A DNA stretch of 63,894 nucleotides, counting the filler, from Salisapilia sapeloensis CBS 127946 (Eukaryota; Protista; Oomycota), in NCBI GenBank assembly GCA_023334545.1. It is 10 parts of 10 records of this genome, joined end to end, with 100 filler letters (N's around TTAATTAATTAA, not from the genome) between each part and the next. Parts side by side here need not be neighbours in the genome. Positions count along the whole stretch, not along the records: positions 45,479 to 51,927 come from JAADVB010000562.1; positions 52,028 to 54,554 come from JAADVB010000882.1; positions 54,655 to 55,665 come from JAADVB010001358.1; positions 55,766 to 61,173 come from JAADVB010000619.1; 6 more parts are not named here. One strand, written 5' to 3'. Both the position numbers and the translations under genes were made by a program. Shown in pieces: positions 48,601 through 57,457 of the stretch. Each line of letters opens with the position of its first letter. The stretch's first letter is position 1. The notes beneath the pieces are model-generated. The model saw only the letters and a program-made list of their open reading frames with translations. It ran no database searches and had not been told where the DNA came from.

Positions 48601-50774
48601 CGAACGACTCCGAAAGTGGCGAAACTGGACAGCAGAGTCCGGTGCCAATAGACTATGCACAAGATGAGAACCCAGACGGAAATGCGAATGCAGGGTTCTA
48701 CCAAGCTCCCTCCAGCGGTGACAAGCGGACATCATCGGTGGCTGGCATTCAGTCAATGACTGACAGACGTGGTGCTTCAAATGATATGTCAGCTGAGTCA
48801 AAGACCATGACAATACGACGATACTCTAAACGACCGATGATGTGGCGATTCGGGGGTCCACGTCCAGAGCATCTGCAGGTGCGACGCGATCGCCCTCCAA
48901 TGCGTGAGCGGATGAGCTTGACTGATGCAACCGATCGGACTGTTCAACAAGAGGGAGATCCTATCACAAATGAGAGATGTGAAGCTCGCGCTGGCAATGA
49001 TATGGCTAACACGATGGACACGGAAGTGTTTCTATCTATGTTGGACGAGCAGATAGAATGCAATCAAAATACAAGTGATACAAACGAGTCGGATGCGGCC
49101 AATGAAAGCACGAGCAACGCAGAATCACTAGTGCAGACAGAGATCACTGATTGGAAAAACAACTGCACGAAAGAATATTCAAATGAGCAAGCTGCTATTG
49201 ATCCAACCACCTACGATGCTGCGATGGCACTCCCTGACCATAACGAATGGTCACAGGCGGTGACAAAGGAGGGAAATTCGCTGAAAAAACACGGAACCTG
49301 GGAGCTAGTAGACAGGCCATCAGCTCGACGCGTCCTAACTGCACGCTGGGTGTTTCGCAAGAAACTTGGTTCGAACGGAAAGGTCGAAAGATATAAAGCT
49401 AGAGTCGTCGTACGCGGATTTGAACAAAAGGCTGGGATTGACTACCAGGATATATTCGCGCCAGTTATAAGGTTAGAGTCACTACGGATACTGCTAAGCA
49501 TTGTTGCGTTGCTCGACTTGGAGTGTGAGCAAATGGACATCGACAGTGCGTTCTTAAATGGTGAACTAGAGGAGACCATATATATGGAACAACCAGAAGG
49601 ATTAGTGGAACATGGGCAAGAGGAAAAAGTGTGCAGATTAAAGAAGTCATTGTATGGGCTTAAGCAAGCACCACGAACTTGGCATAAGCACCTAACGGAC
49701 TATCTTCACTCCTATGGGTTTCAGAAACTGCAACGAGAACAATGTATCTACGTGCAATGGAATTATGGAAACCTAATGATCATTGGAATTTATGTGGATG
49801 ACTTAGTGCTCATAGCATCTCGAGTACAGGACATGAAGTGGATGAAGGCAGTCATACACGACGGATTTGCATGCAAGGAACTTGGCGAGATTCACTTCAT
49901 TTTGGGACTCCAAATCAAAAGGCAACGAAAGGACAGGCGATTGCATATCAATCAAGCTAGCTACATTCGAGGGGTATTGAAAAAGTTTGGCATGAATCAT
50001 GCGAAACCGTATGCAACCCCTGGTGACGTCACGGTGACGCTATCACAGAAAATGTCTCCCAAAAGTAAAGATGAGAGGGAGAATATGGCCAAGTGTCCTT
50101 ACAGATCGTTGGTTGGATCCCTGATGTATGTGTTGGTCGGCAGTCGACCAGATTTGGCATGCTCGATTCAGAACCTGTCACGATACCTGAATGATCCTGG
50201 TGCAGGACATTGGAAAGCTGCAAAACGAGTATTAAGATATCTGAAAGGAACAACAGAGTATGGACTCGAGATGAATGGAAACCTGGCATCGCACCAGCTG
50301 ACAGCGTATGTTGATTCGGATTACGCGCGATGTCCGGATACGCGAAAGTCTACAAGTGGCTACCTCACGATGCTTGGGGGAGCAGCAGTTACATACTCCT
50401 CCATGAGACAGCATACAGTGTCAACGTCTACGACTGAAGCCGAGTATATCGCTTTGAGTCACGGAGTGAAGGAAGCCGTGTTTGTGAGAGGACTGTTGAA
50501 TGATCTTGGACTTATGCAGAATCCGACGATTGTGTACGTGGATAGCAAGTCCGCCAAGAGTGTGGCGGAGAATCCTGTGTTGCATAAGCGGACTAAACAT
50601 ATAGACGTCAAGTACCATTTTATAAGGGAAAAGGTATCCAGACGAGTGATCATGCCAGAGTATATTGCCAGTGAAGAAAACTGTGCGGATATAATGACAA
50701 AGCCATTGCCAAGAGACCAGTTTGAAAAGCTAAGAGATGGAATGGGCGTGAGACCCTATATCGATAGCGAATGA
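45624..50774 (+). CDS. Copia gag-pol polyprotein, uninterrupted
   Basis: Zinc knuckle CFKCNRTGHKAYQC. Protease WTLDSGCTSHM. Pre-integrase LWHNRLGH and CDIC. Integrase D (IDIKGP), D (SDNGSEF) and E (PEQNGGAE). RT MDIDSAFLNG and YVDD. RNase H YVDSD, STTEAEY and KHIDVKYHFIRE. First in-frame ATGs are 45624 and 45645. Confidence 0.96.
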   Translation: MSPTLSEMTSVERATISNTKVWHEKDVLTRDSDNYGDWESRLKRACLIRRCWKVVDGTVQVNDTVSGDAPTEEEVRAWRLKDATGQQIIMDGISNRLLREVEDADSASKMLKTLQSIFKQELRQRALRYRQDFENLRYDGKEEMKDFINRLRDLVINMKDAGDKVTDDEKRIRFLNALPKEWETFETTERTKRDCDFDELARDAMDHELVLKRRRKRDEEATDVTTLVAMDRSRSGGYRGGRRGRGRERYHGRTQGQKRTMDAAVSFTGRCFKCNRTGHKAYQCKPGQRTDDNNDVKDEISAVTWDVRADSTMKDEWSLAVNTSEDEGTQAYIAEDPTMAKEYWTLDSGCTSHMSMSEETFEGMKKTQRMIIVGNGQRERAKGVGTATIWLRSESGAQVKVRLHECLYVPTLMRNLVSVRGLLLSGITTHFVDGNKALLKKGNVVISSMDNPFNSLYLLRSLNVKEIYEVNLAVQHNPVTLWHNRLGHLGFQNLAMLSKQNLKSLKMSSDGRKEQDVCDICQRSNLTRASFKQRSTEHAQAVLDLVQIDIKGPIEVLSLDGKRYLFIVVDDFSGYIQAYTMKTKGEALERFQEYTRYVSTKHDRMIGTVQSDNGSEFTSLGFSSYCMQNGIGQRFTVVHTPEQNGGAESRFRLLFRKVRAMLIQSQLPKQFWSEAVLTAAQLANVSPLKRTGEPPYLRWHGRHPGYNDLRVFGSLCYAHVQSSQAKELNLTQKPGVRKTLDNRGVRGIFLGYARNRRAWRILLCSSGIVFETCHAAFDESDSYAVLEVKQQELNKLAKKTQLDFNYNGKNADSSIDIMFYDKADGNLGDRNPTNEMPGSSSASLGVITRTVVDSSVQPVENTRRSEGRTGGGTATSGDLNYRFSNEASGTNASTMSTGDENTRHNNASSMPSSDRTVVEDDSMRYREGGTPTAESLSRPEDENNNARRLANSSKRTEEEGERSQQHHPNRHSKSGKSSTVSHESTTSGGNPSPNDSESGETGQQSPVPIDYAQDENPDGNANAGFYQAPSSGDKRTSSVAGIQSMTDRRGASNDMSAESKTMTIRRYSKRPMMWRFGGPRPEHLQVRRDRPPMRERMSLTDATDRTVQQEGDPITNERCEARAGNDMANTMDTEVFLSMLDEQIECNQNTSDTNESDAANESTSNAESLVQTEITDWKNNCTKEYSNEQAAIDPTTYDAAMALPDHNEWSQAVTKEGNSLKKHGTWELVDRPSARRVLTARWVFRKKLGSNGKVERYKARVVVRGFEQKAGIDYQDIFAPVIRLESLRILLSIVALLDLECEQMDIDSAFLNGELEETIYMEQPEGLVEHGQEEKVCRLKKSLYGLKQAPRTWHKHLTDYLHSYGFQKLQREQCIYVQWNYGNLMIIGIYVDDLVLIASRVQDMKWMKAVIHDGFACKELGEIHFILGLQIKRQRKDRRLHINQASYIRGVLKKFGMNHAKPYATPGDVTVTLSQKMSPKSKDERENMAKCPYRSLVGSLMYVLVGSRPDLACSIQNLSRYLNDPGAGHWKAAKRVLRYLKGTTEYGLEMNGNLASHQLTAYVDSDYARCPDTRKSTSGYLTMLGGAAVTYSSMRQHTVSTSTTEAEYIALSHGVKEAVFVRGLLNDLGLMQNPTIVYVDSKSAKSVAENPVLHKRTKHIDVKYHFIREKVSRRVIMPEYIASEENCADIMTKPLPRDQFEKLRDGMGVRPYIDSE

Positions 50775-50861
50775 TACGAAAGCTGGAAACTCATGTATTG
50801 GGAATAAAAAAAAAGGAGAGACATGAGAAAGAAGAAATGAATGGAAGAAGCCTGACAAATG

Positions 50862-51540
50862 CGGAGCCCTCTACAGAGTGGAGCGTTTGATTGAGGACAT
50901 GTGAAAACAAGAAAAACGATAAAAATGAAAAATGATGAAAAAAGAAAACGATATGAAAGCCTGATGAGCACGGAGCTTTCTACAGAGTGGAAGTGCTTGA
51001 TCGCGGACATAAGACGATGAGAGACGAAGACGATGAGACAGACAAGAGCACGGAGCCCTCTAAAGAGTGGAGTGCTATACTGAGAACGAGAAAAGTCACG
51101 AGGATGTGGAGCCAGCTGAAAGACTGGAACATCACTGCGTGACAAAACATGATGACGTGGAGCCAGCTGAGAAGACTGGAACGTCGCTGCATGGACATTA
51201 CGAGGATGTGGAGCCAGTAGATGAGACTGGAACATCATTGCGTAATAGTACGAGGATGCGGAGCCAGCAGAGAGACTGGAGCATCATGATGTGAGAAGCA
51301 CAAGGACACGGAATTGCGTGCAGGTTGGAGCGTCATTGCGTGAAAAGCACGAGGATGCGGAGCCAACTGCAGTGTGGAGCGTCATAGCGTTGCGTACGAG
51401 GAAGCGGGTCCAGCTGCAGAGTGGAGCATCACAGCGTGAGATGCAGAGTGGAGTGTCACAGCGCTACGGCGAGGACACGGAGCCTTCTGCAAGAACAAGG
51501 AGAGTCATGGATCAGTATCACGAGGACATGGAGCTGTCAT
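50862..51540 (+). repeat. Tandem repeat arrays in the retrotransposon 3' untranslated region
   Basis: Three CGGAGCCCTCTACAGAGTGGAG-like units (about 50862, 50971, 51051), then about nine degenerate units of roughly 50 nt with core CGAGGATGYGGAGCCAGC...GACTGGAACATCA (about 51098-51540). Confidence 0.85.
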
Positions 51541-51773
51541 TGCGCGGTAGCTGTCGGACTTGAGGTCACGTGCAGAGTGAGTTGTCACAGGACGGTACCA
51601 CTTGGACGCGTAGCCATCTGCAGAGTGAGGTATATGATTGCAATAACTGTTTGAGATACCGGAATGTGTGAACTTAGATGGTTGGAAATGGAACGAATAC
51701 AATGCAAAGTGGAAGGCGATGAAATCTACGCGATGATGACAAAGAAAGCAAGATCTTCAAGTCAAAGTCTCTT

Positions 51774-51786
51774 GAAGCAGAGGGAG
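51774..51786 (+). other. Polypurine tract
   Basis: GAAGCAGAGGGAG lies immediately before TTGTGAGA, the inferred start of the 3' LTR. Confidence 0.7.
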
Positions 51787-52027
51787 TTGTGAGATGAGTG
51801 ATTCATCGAGACATTGAAGATATGTAGCTGGCCTGACGCGAGATGACGACGATGTGGTCGACACGGGAAGGCAGTTGCGGGAAGATGTGCTTGTCATATG
51901 TGCGGAGGTTTTTTGTCCAGACCTGAGNNNNNNNNNNNNNNNNNNNNNNNNNNNNNNNNNNNNNNNNNNNNTTAATTAATTAANNNNNNNNNNNNNNNNN
52001 NNNNNNNNNNNNNNNNNNNNNNNNNNN

Positions 52028-52122
52028 GTCGCGTTGATATCCATAGTCGGGTCCTTGAAAGATACACTTGTGGAAGTGACCTGGGACAAGACGAGCGTGC
52101 AGCACAAGAGAAGGACGAGCAT
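52028..52122 (-). CDS. 5' fragment of a possible secreted protein
   Basis: ATG 52122 gives MLVLLLCCTLVLSQVTSTSVSFKDPTMDINA, signal-peptide-like and open to the contig end. It is divergent from the protease gene. Confidence 0.4.
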
Positions 52123-52502
52123 GCTGCTTTCGATCGGCAAGTTGGTTTATGGCGAAGTGCACGACAAGAGTCGTATATCCACTGCGTCCTTCCTATTCAT
52201 CCACGGGAAACAATCAGAGGTAGTGGGCCGAGCATGGCATCCGACCCGTGACCGCCGATACTCGAGAGTGATCCGCTACAAATGCACATCCGACAGCCGC
52301 TGGGCGTTATCAGGAGCAGATCTTCCGGCATATCCAGACCAAGACATTTGGCTATATCGCTCCGAGTGCACATCTTTCGATCTTCTACCTCTCTCGCACG
52401 ATGTCTGCGACGGAAGGGAGCTCGTACGGCACTGTCGGTATGTGCCTATTTTCAGTAGCACTAGGTTACCAGAAGAGAGGCTGAGGAGGCTCATTCGCAG
52501 AC

Positions 52503-54470
52503 ATGCCGAGAGAAACCGAAGCGTTCCTGCCGACCGCTGCTACCACTACCGAAAGCCGCCGTCGCTTCGGTTGGAAGTCGGCCGCCGTGGTGGCATCGCT
52601 GGCCGTGGCCAGCGTGTCGTACTGCGTGAGCGTCCAGCACACCCTCCACGAGCAGGACAAGACGCTCCAGTCGCTCCACGAGAAGCTGTACGCCTACCTC
52701 TTTCGATTACATGGTAGAGGGAGATGCTGACGAGTAGAGTAGATCGCAGCTGGCGAACGCCCTGGACAGCCAGAGTCTACAGGAGCCTCTTAGGAATACG
52801 CAGTATGAACATGCAGTGGCTCACTCGAAAAGCGTCCCGACCAAGTTCGTCGTCGACTACGCCACTCCTCGGAAGACGCAGGACAACCGAGGCACTTGCT
52901 GGGTACGGACATGCATGCGAAATCTTCTTTCATGCTTACATACGGACGCACTAACACGGAACACGAACAGGACTTTGCTAGCGTCGCCGTGCTGGAGCAC
53001 GCGTACCGACTGCAGGGAGTGGAGCGAGGATACCTGGAGCGGAACGAGTACATGTCGCTGTCAGAGCAGGCGTACGGCGCCGAGGTGCTGCGGCTGTGCG
53101 CTGGCGCAAAGGACTCGACGCAGCAGGTCGACTGCCTCATCCCGGGCAACGAGATCTGGAAGAACTCGACGGAGGGCGGCGAGTCGGCCGAGCTCTACTA
53201 CCTCCAGAACGGACTCGAGGGCAACATCTATCCGCACTCGATCTGTCCGTACGTGCCGGACGCACCGGAGGCAGGAGAGGAGAACACGGACGCCGAGTGT
53301 CGTGGCCTGACGCGCGAGAAGCGGAAGACGAACCCTCTGCGCGTGGACGTGAAGGGCCTGAAGACTATGTTCGACGAGAAGGAGATCAAGGAGACGCTGG
53401 TGCGCACAGGGCAGGCGATGGCGTTCACGACCGCGACGCCGTACGTGACGACGTTCCGTCCGTGCGTGGGCAGCTTCGCGTCGGAGCACCCGGAGCAGTG
53501 CGACCCGACGTCGGACGCGTGCGTGCCGTGCCCTCCGGACGTGTCGAACGCCCTGTGCTGCGTGGCGGACTTTTCGACCGAGTGCTACAACATGAACGGC
53601 GAGTTCATCGGTCGGAAGGAGATGCACGAGGAGGGCGGCCACGTGATGACGCTCGTGGGGTTCAACGACCACGTGCGGACGGAGCAGGGCTTCACGGGCG
53701 GATATATCCTGAAGAACTCGTGGTGGGACGGCACGCACCCTCCGCTGGGCCCGCGGCACGCGAGAGGCAGCCACTCGCTCGCGTACTGGATGCAGGAGGT
53801 GACGGACTGGGAGGAGCGGGTCATGTGTCCGAACAGCGCGTCTCCGTCCAGCTGGTTCACGTGCGGAGAGACGTCGGTGGTGACGCACGCGACGGGCGGC
53901 GCGGGCGTGAAGCGCAGTGAGAACGTGTCGAGAGAGCTGTGGGCGGACTGCCTGTCGGAGGAGACGCGCATGTACGCTCGGACGAACCTCCAGCCGCTGC
54001 ACCTCGAGTGCGTGGACGAGCGCTTCTGCCGGCGCGACGGTCGGTTCACGTACTTTGCGCGGAGCTTCACGGACTTTAGCGACCAGCTGCAGGTGTTCTG
54101 TGCGCTCGAGTATGACTCGGTGGAGGAGAGCGCGGCGGAGGTGTGTCTGCCTCCGATGCGGCTGCAGGAGCTGGCGTACGTCCTGACGCCGGTGGACGCC
54201 GAGCTGCAGGTGAACGACCCGGACGCGTGCGGCTTTTACTTTTACCCGTACGAGGTGCAGCAGCTGTACAAGCAGCGCTTCGGCAACTTTTACGTGAACC
54301 ACTTCGAGGTCGAGTGGCAGGAGCAGAGCTACGCGGCGAACAAGGCCAAGTTTCCGCACCTGGACTATGAGGACGTGATCAAGTCGACTCGGAGGCAGAA
54401 CGAATACAGCTTCGACGGTCCGTTTCCGTTCGCGCAGGTCGTGAAGGCGGAGGAGTGGTCGCAAGTCTAA
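52503..54470 (+). CDS. Papain-like (C1-family) cysteine protease with N-terminal membrane anchor, 614 aa, 3 exons
   Basis: Exons 52503-52687, 52743-52902 and 52971-54470 (intron 2 has a GCACTAAC branch point). The spliced active site reads TQDNRGTCW|DFASVAVLE (oxyanion Gln, catalytic Cys), with EGGHVMTLVGFND (His) and YILKNSWWDG (Asn). A hydrophobic segment SAAVVASLAVASVSYCVSV follows RRRFGWK. Confidence 0.88.
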
Positions 54471-55765
54471 CGTAGACAAGGAATATCAGAGCTGAGCTTG
54501 AGCTTTAAGTCGATAGTTGATCGCTTTCTTTGCTGTCTGGTAATCTAGGATTGANNNNNNNNNNNNNNNNNNNNNNNNNNNNNNNNNNNNNNNNNNNNTT
54601 AATTAATTAANNNNNNNNNNNNNNNNNNNNNNNNNNNNNNNNNNNNNNNNNNNNAGCACCGACTCCGACGCCATAGGCGTTACACTTGCAGAGCAACCTA
54701 AAGGTTTTTGCTTCAGCGTATTCATCATGGTGCTACAGATACAAAATTTACTCCAGCTTTACCAACGAAAGCTAGATAGCACAGACAGTCTATCGTCGCC
54801 AAATGCACAGCCATCAAAGGCTCAATACGTGGAACTGTTTGCTTAATGATGCGTTCACGCGCCGAGTGCAGGATAGAAGGTTGTAACCCTGCTGAACGAT
54901 GATCGTACAAACAGGAATCAATTGAAGACTATATACGAATGTATCAAGTGTAAACATTGGATATCGAAAGCATAAACCTGTGTGCGCACTAGCCAACTTA
55001 GCAGATTATAGACTGGCCTACTTTATCATCAAATGTAGTTCAAATTCTCATTTAGGCTTGCAACGTAAAGTTGAATGCGCGGCGCCACTCTGACCGTACG
55101 TTATCGACTCTGAACGCTCTTGCAAAGCTTTCTGTGCACTTCAAGGTTTCGCGTTCTGTAGCAAACGTGTGTTATTGTTGCTTCAAAGCTGGAATGTTGC
55201 TTGCATCGAATCCTTATTGGTTCTAATTCGCAATACCTACCTCTGGTAGAAGTAGCCTTTTGCCAAAAGAGTCCGTCTGCTATAAAAAATCTACAAGCTC
55301 ATCCACGTAGCTCTAAGAACATAGCAAGCCTGCTAAAAGCTGCATCCTTGTAATACACAGCATAGTCAGCAAACTTATGTTAGATGATATTGTCTCTTGA
55401 ATTTAGTAAATATTTGTACCTCTTGACACTCTACTAACTACAAAAACGAGTATACTGCAAGTAATTATTGATTTTGCTTTAAGCTTTGCAAGCATTCTTA
55501 ACTTATAAAACAATACAACACCAGACATCACGTCACGAAGCTAATCAAATAATTCGCTAAAAAATATCTTTTTCACATCATATATATACAAGTACACAGC
55601 AAAAAAATATATTTGTATATTGTTCAGGCCAGTTGAGCAAAGATAAAACTCTGCGAATTGTCCAANNNNNNNNNNNNNNNNNNNNNNNNNNNNNNNNNNN
55701 NNNNNNNNNTTAATTAATTAANNNNNNNNNNNNNNNNNNNNNNNNNNNNNNNNNNNNNNNNNNNN

Positions 55766-55906
55766 AATGGCACGTAAAATACGTATCCAAGTTCACTTGC
55801 TTACATGTCGAGGTAGAGATAGGAAGTGTTTGGCAACGCAATTGTTCAAATAATAACAATCGGCTTGAAATTGTACTTTCAGGCTTTTATTGTAATTCCA
55901 GCGGGG
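55766..55906. repeat. 141-bp terminal inverted repeat of contig C8 (partner 61033-61173)
   Basis: Exact reverse complement of 61033-61173. Confidence 0.95.
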
Positions 55907-57457
55907 ACCCAAACAGGCACTTGATTGTCACTGCTAACATTTTTCAGTGGTACAGGAGGATTGAGCCGGTTTATCAGATTATCTTCATTTATTTATACCC
56001 AAAACAACAAGTGTGAGAAATGACATCGAGGCGTAGTTATTGATCTTTTGGTGCGAAACCTAATTTCGCGTGCCTGCATTCTTTTCTGTGCTGTCGTAGA
56101 AGTGCATAATTTTAGAAGTGATGCAATGCTAGTAACTGCTATCGTTAGTAGGTAAATCATTTCGTCTCTCTACACGTAGTGGAAACGCTATGCATAGTAC
56201 CAACCATAGGTAGGACGTACTGTTTTAACATGCCTTGTACATTTATGCGAACCGTAGGAGTAGTCAAAGTGTCATGAAGGGCATTATCATATTCGTCGAC
56301 AATTCCATCACTACCGTGGACGTTTCAGACAAATTATATTATATATGAACTATCTCGATGGCAGCAAACTACCCGTCTTTAGGGAAGCACAATTGAAAGT
56401 GTCGGAAGATGGTGGTCTATGTACATTATAAGAAGTTAAGCTTAAAGTATCGCAGAACCTCTTTAGTTTCCAGCAAGTTTAAATATTACGCAAAAGGAGC
56501 ATATAAACGACTGCCTAGCTTTTGCAACCGAAAATCTGCTTAAATGTCGACAAAAGATAATGGGTAAAGCTGGAGAATTGGTGAAGACTAGGTCCGTTTA
56601 TTTTTCTCCATATGTATCGAAATTAAGCGAAATACTTTTATAGTCGAGAAGCTGGAAACTCTTTTTGTTTATTTTAAATATAAGGTACATTAGCGTCACT
56701 GCTGGAAGATCCCCTTAAAATAACTTAAGTCATGTTCATAAGCCCTTTTTACACTAAAAAGATGGGACATGCTATGATTCATCGCCGAAAAAAATTGCGG
56801 TCGAAGGCAGTCGAATTATTCTGAGCAGACTTGAGAGAGATTGTTGCACACCTCTTCGAAAGGGACACTGAGGCTTTTATATAAAAAGATATTTTATACA
56901 ATGTACGTGAAAGTTTGCCTCTGTAAAATGCAACGACCTATATATCCACTACCCGATTATAGACGTATAAACAACAGAAACTTTACTGGGAGAGATGGCA
57001 AGTTCATTTTCACAGGTATGGAGATTAAAATCAACATTCGAGGTGGGCACCGATTGAAGTCAGTGTGAGATGAGATTGCGGCTAATTATGTACTAGAGCG
57101 TTAAACTAATAGCAACGTCAGCTAACTTAAACGTATTCCCGATTTTGATAAGTTAACTTTGATAATGGGACTGAACAAATGCCCAGGAGCAGTCTTACAT
57201 TGTGGAAGTGATTGTAGGACTGGTGATGATCTACACATATTGAGCCATAAAATGGAAGATCTGTTATCGAATACGTACAGTTTGGCTGTCACCGCTCTCG
57301 CCAGAGGAAGCATCAAGTGCACTACGAGACATCTTGAATTGATAATTATTTTATATTAAAGTAAACAAGTTGTCTCGTGCATACCACAAATTTTGTTTTG
57401 TTGCTATCATCTTACAGTCATATATGTCCCAGTGTCTAAAAACTCCCCTATCGTCAT

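Larger units (their letters stand above)
45479..51927 (+). mobile_element. Ty1/Copia LTR retrotransposon: complete internal region plus partial LTRs
   Basis: 5' LTR end ...CTTTCTCA (about 45618), PBS, a single gag-pol ORF in Copia order (PR-IN-RT-RH), a 1-kb 3' region, a purine tract, and a TG-starting 3' LTR (about 51788). Each contig end holds about 141 nt of LTR. Confidence 0.95.

Noticed and set aside
51067-51563. Short ORFs in the Copia 3' region as an env-like gene
   Set aside because: They come from the tandem array, change frame between units, and have no TM or signal features.
54655-55400. Minus-strand VG*CAHRFMLSI resembling the hAT transposase GCAxHRLNL motif
   Set aside because: That frame has about as many stops as expected by chance and no other transposase motif. 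An HMM search would be needed.
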